Shown piece by piece: positions 38,754 to 48,134 of a stretch of 64,000 nucleotides of DNA (positions within the stretch are counted from its first letter, which is position 1; every line of letters begins with the position of its first letter). The notes below the pieces were generated by a model. It did not search any database, was not told the DNA's origin, and was given only the letters and a program-made list of their open reading frames with translations. The translations under genes and the position numbers were made by a program. This stretch comes from Bdellovibrionota bacterium (GTDB taxonomy: Bacteria > Bdellovibrionota_C > UBA2361 > OMII01): contig JBIIOE010000005.1 in assembly GCA_044337105.1 (NCBI GenBank), forward strand, positions 84-64,083, written 5' to 3'.

Positions 38754-41606
38754 ATGGGAACAGATGCTCAGAACGAAACAGTGCTACGCTTCGATGTTGT
38801 GGTACACGGTGCCTCATACAGGGCCCTTGTAGAGGGGCTGCGTTCACCCCATCTTGCAGGCAAATCCCGTACCTCTCCCCGTAAGCCGGTCAAAGCCGCG
38901 ATAGAGCTCGATCTTCAATCCAAGCAGTATTCTCTCAGCACGATTGGAAGACACAGACTTCCCAAGGGACTACGAGTGCAACCGGGTAGTCGTACCCACT
39001 CCAATCTTACGGGCTATCTAGCATCTCACCTAACAGGAGACACCGCTCGCACCATATCGCACCTTCTGAGCAGCATCATTGAGTCGACCCCCGTTATTCA
39101 CACAGACGCACTGAAGCTGTTCAGGGAAGACATTCAGATTCAAGATCCGACGCGACCTTCGACTGCGAGCCTCCTGTCGCAAAAGGTTTTTGTAGTCGAC
39201 GACATCTCTACTGAAATCTCACTCGATATCGACGATATCCCGACACCCATACTCCCGGAGGTCGAGCGATCTCACCTTGAAGATGCGGTCCAGCATCTCG
39301 AAAGCTCCATAGAGCTCCTAGCGCCCGTGACTGCTAGTGTCGTTGGAAACCTCGTAGAGATCTCGGCTGCCTTACTTCTACCAGTAGAGCTTAGCGCTCA
39401 AACGGAGATCTTTCTGCACTGGGGAAGCTACGAGGAATCGTCGCCACCATGGCAGGACGAGTTGGTCGTTCTTCGGAGCGACCTTTCAGGCTCGCGCCAT
39501 ACGCTGCTCCACCGTCTCCACATCCCCACCCGAGGCAACTACGGGCTTACACTTTTTGCTCAGATAAGGGGAACAACCAAGCCGGTCTGGTTGGGCAGGT
39601 CGTGGGTCGATGACGCGCGCGTCTCGATTGTGGCGGACGACCTCAAGGTTGCCCAGGAGAGAGCTCAAGCTTTTGAAAAGATCCAAGGTGTCGCTCTGAG
39701 AGAGCTATCGCGCTGCATTTCGCTCCAACACGATCCCTCCCAGCGTTGCGAGATGATCGCTGCAGACGCTCCTCATCTAGGGCTTGGCGCGCTCCTCGCT
39801 CAAGCATCGGAGTCCCAGGAAAGCCGGCAACACCTCGCTGCTCTCGCTCAGTCACTTGATCAAGGGAGCAGCCCAAGCGCGCTACTGTCAGCGTTGCTCA
39901 ATTACGGAATCGGCGAGATCGTATTCGCCACCCCGGAAGGACCTCACGCCGCTGCTGGCGGCCTCGCCCAAGTCATCTCGGGCCTTCCTCCGGAACTGTG
40001 CCGGGCTGGCATCCCCGTCACGGTCATCGCCCCCCTGTACTGCAAGGAGAATGGAAATCGGCACACTTCGGCGCAGCAGCTTCTTCGCCATGGAGTAAAG
40101 CTGGGAGGTGAAAAAATCCGCCCGACATTGCTCGGAACAATCTCGGTTCCCTTAGGACCTACGTATCACAGCGGAACGACCTGTGTTCGAAGGCAGCCAG
40201 CCACGATTCCCTTGAAAGTATACCTTGCGCAACGCGGCGCCCTGCGATTGTTTCTTTTGTCCAACTCGTCGGTTTTTGATCGGCTATATCAGCCGGTATT
40301 TTCAGACGAGCAGCTACGCCGCTCGGTCATCCTTTCTCGTGGCGCTCTAGAGCTCATAGCACTACCGCAGTTCGGGATCCGCCCCAGCGCGATCGTTTCG
40401 AATGATTGGATGACTGCGTGCATTCCGCCAATTCTTTCGCTCGATACACGCTATCAGACGACTCCCTGGCTACGCTCCTGCAAAACAATGCACATGATCC
40501 ACAACGGTGGGGCCGATTATCACGGGCGGCTACCCGCTAACTTGAACAACGAAGATCTCTGGCCCCTACTAGGTCTTGCTCCTGAGCATTTCCTCGGATT
40601 TCAAGACCCTCACAACGGAGACCTTCTCAATCTTACAATGGCAGCCACCAGGCACGTGAGTGGAGCCGTTTTGACAGTGAGCCAAACCTACGCAACAGAG
40701 CTTGCCACACCAGGATGCGGCGATGGCCTCGAGTGGAACCTCCTCGACAAACGGGAGCGAGTGTTTGGAATAAGCAACGGAATCAACCGCCCCGAGGTGG
40801 AGCGCTTCTTGTGCGCACTCACGGGACAGCCCAGCCGCTCGTTCACGACGCTCGAGGAGCTCCTTGCTGGAAAGCGCGCTATCCAGACCGAGATCCAGCG
40901 CCGATTCGGACTGAATGCTCGCGAAGATGCGCGCATCATCAGCTTCGTAGGGCGCTTGGCCGAACAGAAGGGACTTAGCTTACTTTCTGGACTCGTTTCG
41001 AACGGAACACACTCGGTGCTCGAGGAGATCCTCATCACCAATCCGGACGTGCAGATCTTGCTAGCTGGTCCCATGACCGACGGAGATAGAGAAGCACGAA
41101 ATTTGAGCGAGTGTCTCGCTTACCTGACTCCGAGGTATCCCGGAAGAATCTGCGCGCACCTCGATTATGTACCACACGCACAAGCTCTCGAGATCATTTT
41201 TGGAAGCACCTTCTTCCTCATGCCATCTCGATTCGAGCCCGGAGGTATTACTCAGCTCGAGGCACTTGCTGCGGGAACCCTGGTGGTCGGCAGACGGGTT
41301 GGGGGCATAGCCGCCACTATCGACAACTACTGCCAAGAAGACGGAACCGGAAGCGGTTTCTTGTGCAACGACTACACTCCAGGTGCCTTTGCGGCAACCG
41401 TTCAGTGGGCACTCGGTAGCACCCGCGATCGCAATGCCTATGGTACCTTGGTGCGCAATGCAGTCGAAGCACGACATGATTGGTCAAGTCGCGTTCCGTT
41501 GTACCGTGCGCTCTTCCAACAGACCCTTCTCGGTCGCGAAGCATGCGCCAGTATGCCGTGGCTTCAGGAAAACATGGGCCACATCCGGCTCTGCGCTATC
41601 TCGTGA
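38754..41606 (+). CDS. glgA: Glycogen/starch synthase (GT5) with a roughly 385-aa N-terminal extension
   Basis: AGGLAQV, NDWMTA, GISNGI, VGRLAEQKG and MPSRFEPGG; extension contains an LHWG motif. Confidence 0.8.
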   Translation: MGTDAQNETVLRFDVVVHGASYRALVEGLRSPHLAGKSRTSPRKPVKAAIELDLQSKQYSLSTIGRHRLPKGLRVQPGSRTHSNLTGYLASHLTGDTARTISHLLSSIIESTPVIHTDALKLFREDIQIQDPTRPSTASLLSQKVFVVDDISTEISLDIDDIPTPILPEVERSHLEDAVQHLESSIELLAPVTASVVGNLVEISAALLLPVELSAQTEIFLHWGSYEESSPPWQDELVVLRSDLSGSRHTLLHRLHIPTRGNYGLTLFAQIRGTTKPVWLGRSWVDDARVSIVADDLKVAQERAQAFEKIQGVALRELSRCISLQHDPSQRCEMIAADAPHLGLGALLAQASESQESRQHLAALAQSLDQGSSPSALLSALLNYGIGEIVFATPEGPHAAAGGLAQVISGLPPELCRAGIPVTVIAPLYCKENGNRHTSAQQLLRHGVKLGGEKIRPTLLGTISVPLGPTYHSGTTCVRRQPATIPLKVYLAQRGALRLFLLSNSSVFDRLYQPVFSDEQLRRSVILSRGALELIALPQFGIRPSAIVSNDWMTACIPPILSLDTRYQTTPWLRSCKTMHMIHNGGADYHGRLPANLNNEDLWPLLGLAPEHFLGFQDPHNGDLLNLTMAATRHVSGAVLTVSQTYATELATPGCGDGLEWNLLDKRERVFGISNGINRPEVERFLCALTGQPSRSFTTLEELLAGKRAIQTEIQRRFGLNAREDARIISFVGRLAEQKGLSLLSGLVSNGTHSVLEEILITNPDVQILLAGPMTDGDREARNLSECLAYLTPRYPGRICAHLDYVPHAQALEIIFGSTFFLMPSRFEPGGITQLEALAAGTLVVGRRVGGIAATIDNYCQEDGTGSGFLCNDYTPGAFAATVQWALGSTRDRNAYGTLVRNAVEARHDWSSRVPLYRALFQQTLLGREACASMPWLQENMGHIRLCAIS

Positions 41607-41631
41607 TGCCATCGCCTCGGCCGTGCCGACA

Positions 41632-42498
41632 CTAGACGTGCTCGAGCACCAGAATCAGCAAACCTGCGTACACGCACAATGCAGCGATAAAGCGACGGAG
41701 GGTATTACGCTCACCGAACCAGAGCCTTCCCGCGATAACAGAGACGATCAGCGAGACGCGCGTGCCACCGACTACCACATGGGCAGGAAGCATCGTCAGC
41801 GCAAATAGTTTACTGACCATGAAAAGAGCCTCAAAGGCGCCTCGCACCAGAAACGACGAAGAGTTCAAGCTCAGAGCGTGCCCTGCCCCGTGATGCCGGA
41901 AGGCTAGAGGAAGGGTAAAGAGCGCTGCGAGAAGGGTCATCGCCAATCCTGATACGATCGGCCCACTCTCCATGACTGCCAAGCGGTCGAAGCAACTGTT
42001 GAGCGCGAATGCCACAGAGGCCGCAAGTGCAAACAAGACAGCCTTCAATTGAAACACCTTCCCTGTTGATGCATCACGTTGGATCAAGAGAAGACCACCC
42101 GCTACTATCAATCCTAGAGCCAGGAGATCGATCACCGTAACATTATCGCCGGTAGTGAAGGGTGACAGGATTGCAAGGAATATCGGAGACAGGGAGAGAA
42201 ACGTGGATACAAGCGAGAGGTCTCCCGAAGCAAAGGCTTTCATCTTGAGGCTCTCTGCAAAGACATCGGTGACGCTTCGCGCCAGAACGAGCCAAAAAAA
42301 GGACCCCGAAAATGCAAGAGGCTCAAGCCCCAGGAGTGTAGCTACAACGACGATCAAAGCGTAGAAAGGCAAAGCGAACAGGAACGACGCGAAAGTGGAC
42401 ACATCGCTATGCACCCGACTCGCCAGGCCCTTACTGACGATGTCTTTAGCAGTCGAGCACAGCGCACTAAAAATCGTTACGAGGATCCCCATACACAA
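41632..42498 (-). CDS. EamA/DMT-family transporter
   Basis: About 10 TMs in two repeats; GDLSLVSTFLSLSPIF. Confidence 0.85.
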   Translation of the reverse strand: MCMGILVTIFSALCSTAKDIVSKGLASRVHSDVSTFASFLFALPFYALIVVVATLLGLEPLAFSGSFFWLVLARSVTDVFAESLKMKAFASGDLSLVSTFLSLSPIFLAILSPFTTGDNVTVIDLLALGLIVAGGLLLIQRDASTGKVFQLKAVLFALAASVAFALNSCFDRLAVMESGPIVSGLAMTLLAALFTLPLAFRHHGAGHALSLNSSSFLVRGAFEALFMVSKLFALTMLPAHVVVGGTRVSLIVSVIAGRLWFGERNTLRRFIAALCVYAGLLILVLEHV

Positions 42499-42577
42499 CC
42501 ATCTGTTACTCTAATCGGGAGTGCTTCCCCAGGGAAGCGCGGCGAAACCTACCCCATAGTCTCACTTTTGAAATAAC

Positions 42578-42678
42578 CACGTGAACGTGCTCGTGCTCGT
42601 AAACGTGAACGTACCCGAAAAACTTGAGGTTTTTGTTTCGGGTACGTTTACGTTCACGTTTACGAGCACGTTCACGTG
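42578..42678. repeat. 101-bp inverted repeat built from NNCGTR hexamers
   Basis: Left arm CACGTG AACGTG CTCGTG CTCGTA AACGTG AACGTA CCCGAAA; right-arm reverse complement CACGTG AACGTG CTCGTA AACGTG AACGTA AACGTA CCCGAAA; 15-nt loop. Confidence 0.9.
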
Positions 42679-42747
42679 CGAGGAAACATAGGTTTTGCCT
42701 CGCTTCCCTAGCGAAGTACCTACGGATATAATAGATTGCCAACTACC

Positions 42748-43350
42748 ATGATAGTCATACGACTCCGTTCCCTTATCTTTTGCATTCTCGCCACCTGCCT
42801 CTCTGTGTATACGCTCATCGCAGCGAGAGAGTCGTTAGCTCAAACAAAGACAGAAGCGACTGTTATCACGGTCGTTGACGGGGACACCCTGCGACTTCGC
42901 ATCGGTCAAGACCGCGAGCTCCTACGATTGATCGGGATCGACACTCCTGAGACGCGCATTAACAAGAGAGCTGAAAAGCAAGCGGAGCGAAACTTTACGG
43001 ACACTGATACGATCATCAAACTCGGAGAGCGAGCTAAATCTGCCGTTAACGGAATGGCACCCGTGGGCACGCGAATCCGGGTAGAATTCGATGTGGAGCG
43101 CAGGGACCATTACGGACGACTCCTCGGATACGTGTACCTCCCCGACGGAAGCATGCTGAACGAGAAGATCCTTTCAATGGGATATGGCAAGCTCTTGACG
43201 GTACCACCCAATGTCCGTCACTCCGATCGCCTGCGAGTCGCTTTCACCGAAGCACGCAGCGCTCGCCGCGGACTCTGGTCGATGGAGGGGTTCGAAAGCA
43301 CCCAGCCCAGGCCGCACCCTCCCCTACCATCGCTGTTCAAGCGTCGCTAG
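42748..43350 (+). CDS. Thermonuclease (SNase-like) family protein, exported
   Basis: VVDGDT, RLIGIDTPE, RDHYGRLLGYV and ARRGLW. Confidence 0.92.
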   Translation: MIVIRLRSLIFCILATCLSVYTLIAARESLAQTKTEATVITVVDGDTLRLRIGQDRELLRLIGIDTPETRINKRAEKQAERNFTDTDTIIKLGERAKSAVNGMAPVGTRIRVEFDVERRDHYGRLLGYVYLPDGSMLNEKILSMGYGKLLTVPPNVRHSDRLRVAFTEARSARRGLWSMEGFESTQPRPHPPLPSLFKRR

Positions 43351-43475
43351 GGGAGCGAGGTACAGCCCCTCCCTGCTACGGGTAGGTTTTCCCTCGATTC
43401 CTTAGGAGAGCTCGTGGAGGCTTGGCCCCGCTTCCCCAAGGTGCGAGTCGTCGACGCTCGTGCTACTATTTTCTC

Positions 43476-45629
43476 ATGAATACTCCCTCCTCCGATCCTC
43501 GGCGACCTGCACGAGAAGTGGCCCTGCGCGTCACGGGCCTCAACTGTACCAACTGCGCCCTCTCACTCGAGCGTCACCTAACCCGAGTTGGGGCAGAGAT
43601 CCCTTCTGTAGACTTTGCGAGCGGTCGCACTACCTTTTTATTGGGAGATATAGAGCGCCTAACGGACATCAAGAAGAGCATCCAACGACTCGGCTACTCG
43701 GTTTTCGAGATCTCCGAGCAGCCGACCTATAGTCGAAAAACGGCGCTGTATGTGAAAACAGCGATATCGGCACTCCTGACCCTTCCGATGCTGGTGGGCA
43801 TGTTCCTGCACATTCCTGCCTTACACGATCCGTGGACACAGCTCATTCTAGCAACACCGGTCTTCTTGATAGGCATTGCCCATTTTGGCGTTAGCGGACT
43901 CCGCTCTTTACGGGCCGGCGTTGCCAACATGGACGTCCTGATCGCTTCTGGTATCCTTGCAGGCTATACAGCTAGCATCCTTACTCTAGCGTTCGGACTC
44001 GGACACGAGCTGATCTTTTTCGAGGCAGTTGCGTCGATAACAACCTTTATTTTGGTTGGACACCTACTCGAAGAGCGTGCAGTTCAAAAGACGACGTCCG
44101 CAATCAAGGATCTCTCGAATCTTCAGCCCACATACGCCAAAAAAATTCTCGTCGACGAGCACGGACTGGAGCGCCTCGAAACCGTGGCATCGAGTGACGT
44201 TGAGGTTGGAGATCTGTTGCAGGTAAACACCGGAGACAAAATCCCGTCCGATGGAGCTGTCGAACGCGGGGCGTGCTCACTCGACGAATCGATGCTAACC
44301 GGAGAGTCCGTGCCGGTCGATCGTGCGGTAGGCGACCAGGTTGTCGGAGGAACACTCCTTGTCGCAGGTTCGGTCGTCATCCGTGCAACCGCTGTGGGGG
44401 ACGACACAGAGCTGGCTGCTATCGTGCGAATAGTGCGGGATGCTCAACAGCGAAAGCCCTCCATTCAGCGCGTTGGGGATGCCGTGAGCGCCTGGTTCGT
44501 GCCCTCCGTGCTGTTGATCTCAATCCTCGCGCTGTTGCTCAGTATCGTCTTCTTCGAAGTCCCCCTTTCGCAAGCGCTCGTACGCTCTCTTGCGATCGTG
44601 GTGGTTGCATGCCCCTGCGCCATGGGATTGGCAACGCCCACAGCTATAATGGTCGCGCTTGGGCGAGCGGCCAAGAATGGCATCCTAATCCGGGGTGGCG
44701 ACACACTCGAGAGGCTTGCAAGTGTCAAGCATGTGGCGTTCGACAAGACAGGAACGTTAACCAAGGGCTCGCTTCACGTCGGAGAGATCTCATTGCACGA
44801 AGGGCAAGAGGCTTCAACGGCGAAGGCGATTCTCGTGGCGCTTCAACGCGCCTCTTCACATCCGATTGCTCGAGCCATAATCAGTGCATATCAAGGAAGC
44901 TACTCTAACGACGTCAAGCTACACTCGATCGTCGAGACAAAAGGGGTCGGCATCGAGGGCATCGGAGAAGATGGCTCTCAATATGTGTGTGGTGGACGTC
45001 TTGTCTCTAAACGCTTCGGGATCGAGACACATGATGATATCGTTCTCATTAAAAATGGCACCCTGATCGCGTCACTGCAACTTCGAGACGAACTTCGACC
45101 GGAGGCAGCGCAGGTCGCTTCACTACTTCAACGCGCGGGTCTCTCGACGTCAATCATCAGTGGCGACACGGTCGCTAAATGCGCAAATATCGCCAAGCAG
45201 GTGGGAATCGAGCAGGTTTATGCAGAGCAGCTTCCCGAGCAGAAATTGGCTATTCTGAGGCAGGCCCAAGCACAAGCGCCGCTCGCGTATATTGGTGATG
45301 GGATCAACGATGCTCCTGCCCTGGCGGAAGCTGCCGTAGGTATCTCGCTGGGCTCGGCCTCCGATGTAGCCATGAAATCGGCCCAAGTCCTGTTGACGGG
45401 TGGCACGATCGCCGCTCTTCCTAAAACGATTCAGCTCGGTCGGCTCACGGTCCGAATCATAAAGCAGAACCTATTCTGGGCACTCTTTTACAACATCGCT
45501 GCCATTCCCTTGGCGGCTCTGGGGTACATCTCTCCCCTCGCCGCTGCACTTCTGATGACTTTTTCGGATATTGTTATCGTAGGAAACTCTTTGAGGATAC
45601 GGTATCGTCCCCTGGGACCTCGAACGTAA
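43476..45629 (+). CDS. Heavy-metal P1B-type ATPase (CopA-like)
   Basis: HMA GLNCTNC, TGES, ACPCAMG, DKTGT, HP, GDGIND and YN; TM8 reads MTFSD. Confidence 0.93.
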   Translation: MNTPSSDPRRPAREVALRVTGLNCTNCALSLERHLTRVGAEIPSVDFASGRTTFLLGDIERLTDIKKSIQRLGYSVFEISEQPTYSRKTALYVKTAISALLTLPMLVGMFLHIPALHDPWTQLILATPVFLIGIAHFGVSGLRSLRAGVANMDVLIASGILAGYTASILTLAFGLGHELIFFEAVASITTFILVGHLLEERAVQKTTSAIKDLSNLQPTYAKKILVDEHGLERLETVASSDVEVGDLLQVNTGDKIPSDGAVERGACSLDESMLTGESVPVDRAVGDQVVGGTLLVAGSVVIRATAVGDDTELAAIVRIVRDAQQRKPSIQRVGDAVSAWFVPSVLLISILALLLSIVFFEVPLSQALVRSLAIVVVACPCAMGLATPTAIMVALGRAAKNGILIRGGDTLERLASVKHVAFDKTGTLTKGSLHVGEISLHEGQEASTAKAILVALQRASSHPIARAIISAYQGSYSNDVKLHSIVETKGVGIEGIGEDGSQYVCGGRLVSKRFGIETHDDIVLIKNGTLIASLQLRDELRPEAAQVASLLQRAGLSTSIISGDTVAKCANIAKQVGIEQVYAEQLPEQKLAILRQAQAQAPLAYIGDGINDAPALAEAAVGISLGSASDVAMKSAQVLLTGGTIAALPKTIQLGRLTVRIIKQNLFWALFYNIAAIPLAALGYISPLAAALLMTFSDIVIVGNSLRIRYRPLGPRT

Positions 45630-45701
45630 AAAGCGAGAGACATACTCGCTGCTTGCCATTCTTCGTATCGCTCTCTTCAAGGTACAAAACACAGGGTACA
45701 G

Positions 45702-46937
45702 ATGACAGACCTCCCCTCACACAATGTAGACAAGCTCCACCTAGACGATCGTGAGATCTACTTGGTTGGAACTGCCCATGTAAGCGCACAAAGCGTCGAA
45801 TTGGTGGAGAATGTCATCTCGCAGGTAAACCCTGACGCTGTCGCCGTAGAGCTGTGCGAGGGCAGACTGCGCTCGATGAAAGACCCGGACCGCTGGAAGA
45901 ACACCAACATAGCAACCGTTGTCAGAGAGGGGCGCGCCCACGTTCTGCTTACCCAACTCCTCCTCGCTGCGTATCAGAGAAAGCTCGGTTTGAAGCTCAA
46001 GGTAAAACCCGGCGCAGAGATGATGGCGGCAGTCAACGCCGCCGAACGTCTCGGCGTTCCTCTCGGTCTGGCAGATAGAGAGGTAGGCATCACGCTTCGA
46101 AGAGCCATGGCATCCCTAGGCATAGTCGGCATGTTCAAGATCTTTTATGCCGGGCTGGTGGGAATGATGCAGAAGCCTCAAGAAGTCTCTGAAGAGGAGA
46201 TTGAGCGGCTCAAGAACACGGATGCCCTCGAGGAGATCCTTCGAGAGTTCGGGGCTCTTTTACCCGATCTGCGAGAATCACTGATCGATGAGCGTGACAT
46301 TTACCTCGCTCAAAAAATCAGGCAGGTCGAGGGAAAGCGGATAGTCGCCGTGGTGGGCGCTGCGCATGTTCCCGGCATCAAGAAGCACATCAGTGTCCCA
46401 TCAGATCTTGCGCCACTCACAGTCGTGCCACCTAAAAGCCTCATGTTGCGCATAATCGCGTGGTCGATCCCCGGACTCATAGTCGCAGGTCTCGTGTACG
46501 GGCTCATGACCTCCGGCGCGGAAACATTCACTCGAATGCTCACGACGTGGTTCTGGATTACAGGGATAGCGGGCGCTTTGGGTGCCGCTGTAGTGCGAGC
46601 GCATCCTCTCACGGTGGTCGCGTCATTCGTAGCCGCGCCGATCGCTGCGCTCCATCCGCTGCTCGCGACCGGATGGATCTCTGGGCTCGTGGAGGCCGTC
46701 GTGAGAAAGCCCCGGGTGTGCGATCTAGAGACTATTATGGAGGACATGTCATCGATACGCGGCATGCTCTCGAACCGCGTGAGTCGCACCCTTCTCATCG
46801 TTGCCTCCACGAACCTGTTCGTGATGGTCGGCATGGTACTTGGCGCGAGGGAGATGCTTTCCATCGCAAGCGAAAAAGCCCCTTCAAGCGTCGCCGCGCC
46901 TGTTCAATCTCCCGAGCCATCTGAAACGCCTCGATGA
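45702..46937 (+). CDS. TraB/GumN family protein (TraB pheromone-shutdown type)
   Basis: LVGTAHVS, VAVELC, PGAEM, LIDERD and VVGAAH; C-terminal TMs. Confidence 0.9.
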   Translation: MTDLPSHNVDKLHLDDREIYLVGTAHVSAQSVELVENVISQVNPDAVAVELCEGRLRSMKDPDRWKNTNIATVVREGRAHVLLTQLLLAAYQRKLGLKLKVKPGAEMMAAVNAAERLGVPLGLADREVGITLRRAMASLGIVGMFKIFYAGLVGMMQKPQEVSEEEIERLKNTDALEEILREFGALLPDLRESLIDERDIYLAQKIRQVEGKRIVAVVGAAHVPGIKKHISVPSDLAPLTVVPPKSLMLRIIAWSIPGLIVAGLVYGLMTSGAETFTRMLTTWFWITGIAGALGAAVVRAHPLTVVASFVAAPIAALHPLLATGWISGLVEAVVRKPRVCDLETIMEDMSSIRGMLSNRVSRTLLIVASTNLFVMVGMVLGAREMLSIASEKAPSSVAAPVQSPEPSETPR

Positions 46938-47074
46938 TGCAAGGAGATCGACAAACCCTTGTTCTGTATGCATTTTCAGAGATCCGACTAGGCACCCTGA
47001 CGCTGCTTGGGAAGACGCGGATTGGATTATTCCGGACCACCTGAGTATACTCGAACGATCCAAGGAAACCCGCG

Positions 47075-48079
47075 ATGGACGACAGTAAGCACATAGATTA
47101 CCTCGAATACGGCAAGTATATTATCCGCGAGGAGATCGCAGCTCTCACCTGCGTTGCAGATAACCTCGACGCACGATTCTTACGTGCGGTTCACACGATC
47201 CTCGAGCTTCAACCCGGATCGCGCATCGTCGTATCCGGTATCGGCAAGGCGGGATTCGTCGCCATGAAGCTTTCCGGAACCCTCGCGAGTATCGGCTTTC
47301 CCAGCTTTTACCTGCACCCCGCCGATGCTATTCACGGAGACCTCGGACGACTGACAAAGCATGACATAGCACTACTGCTCTCGAATTCGGGCGAGACGAG
47401 CGAGGTCCTCCGTTTACTTCCTGCCCTCAAACAAACTGGCTGCTGCATTATCTCAATGACGGGATCGGCACACTCGACACTCGCTCAACACAGCGATGTA
47501 GTGCTCGAAATGGGGAAGTTCCCAGAGGCGGGCCCGTTGGGCCTCGCCCCGACTACGAGCACTACAGTAATGATGGCTATGGGTGATGCGCTAGCGATGA
47601 CCCTCGTACGCCTCAAAGGCTTCACAAGGGAAGAGTTCGCCGCTTTTCATCCCGGCGGAGACCTCGGCCGCTCATTGATGCTGATATCCGAAATTATGAG
47701 AACCGGTGATGCGCACTGCGTTCTTCACTGCGCCACAATTACCCGCAAGGGATTGCGTGCAATTACGGAAACGCAGGGGCGCCCGGGCGCGGCGGCGATT
47801 GTAGACGATAGCGGCTCGGTCATCGGTATATTCACAGACGGCAACCTACGCCGTCACCTCGAACAGGACACCTCTTTTCTCGACAAGCCGATCGGGGAGA
47901 CCTGTAGCCGCAATCCTCTGACCGTCAAGGCGAACCAACTTGCACAAGAAGCCTCTCGCCTCATACAAGAGAGAAAGGTTGACCAGTTGATCGTCGTTGA
48001 CGAGGCCCAGGTGCCGGTGGGATTGGTGGACATACAAGATCTACTGGCCCACGGCATGATCCGGCCCGGCTCGACGTAA
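47075..48079 (+). CDS. kdsD: Arabinose-5-phosphate isomerase (KpsF/GutQ; SIS plus CBS domains)
   Basis: GIGKAG, HPADAIHGDLG, SNSGET, APTTST, FHPGG and CBS FTDGNLRR. Confidence 0.93.
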   Translation: MDDSKHIDYLEYGKYIIREEIAALTCVADNLDARFLRAVHTILELQPGSRIVVSGIGKAGFVAMKLSGTLASIGFPSFYLHPADAIHGDLGRLTKHDIALLLSNSGETSEVLRLLPALKQTGCCIISMTGSAHSTLAQHSDVVLEMGKFPEAGPLGLAPTTSTTVMMAMGDALAMTLVRLKGFTREEFAAFHPGGDLGRSLMLISEIMRTGDAHCVLHCATITRKGLRAITETQGRPGAAAIVDDSGSVIGIFTDGNLRRHLEQDTSFLDKPIGETCSRNPLTVKANQLAQEASRLIQERKVDQLIVVDEAQVPVGLVDIQDLLAHGMIRPGST

Positions 48080-48134
48080 CTCGCGCACCCCCAGCCCTGT
48101 TTCCCCTCGTGCCCAGAAGAAGTACTATCTCTGT

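Noticed and set aside
42506-42742. 78-aa ORF with RERARKRE/HVYEHEHVHV low complexity
   Set aside because: It is the translation of the hexamer inverted repeat; a His-rich metal-binding reading is an artefact
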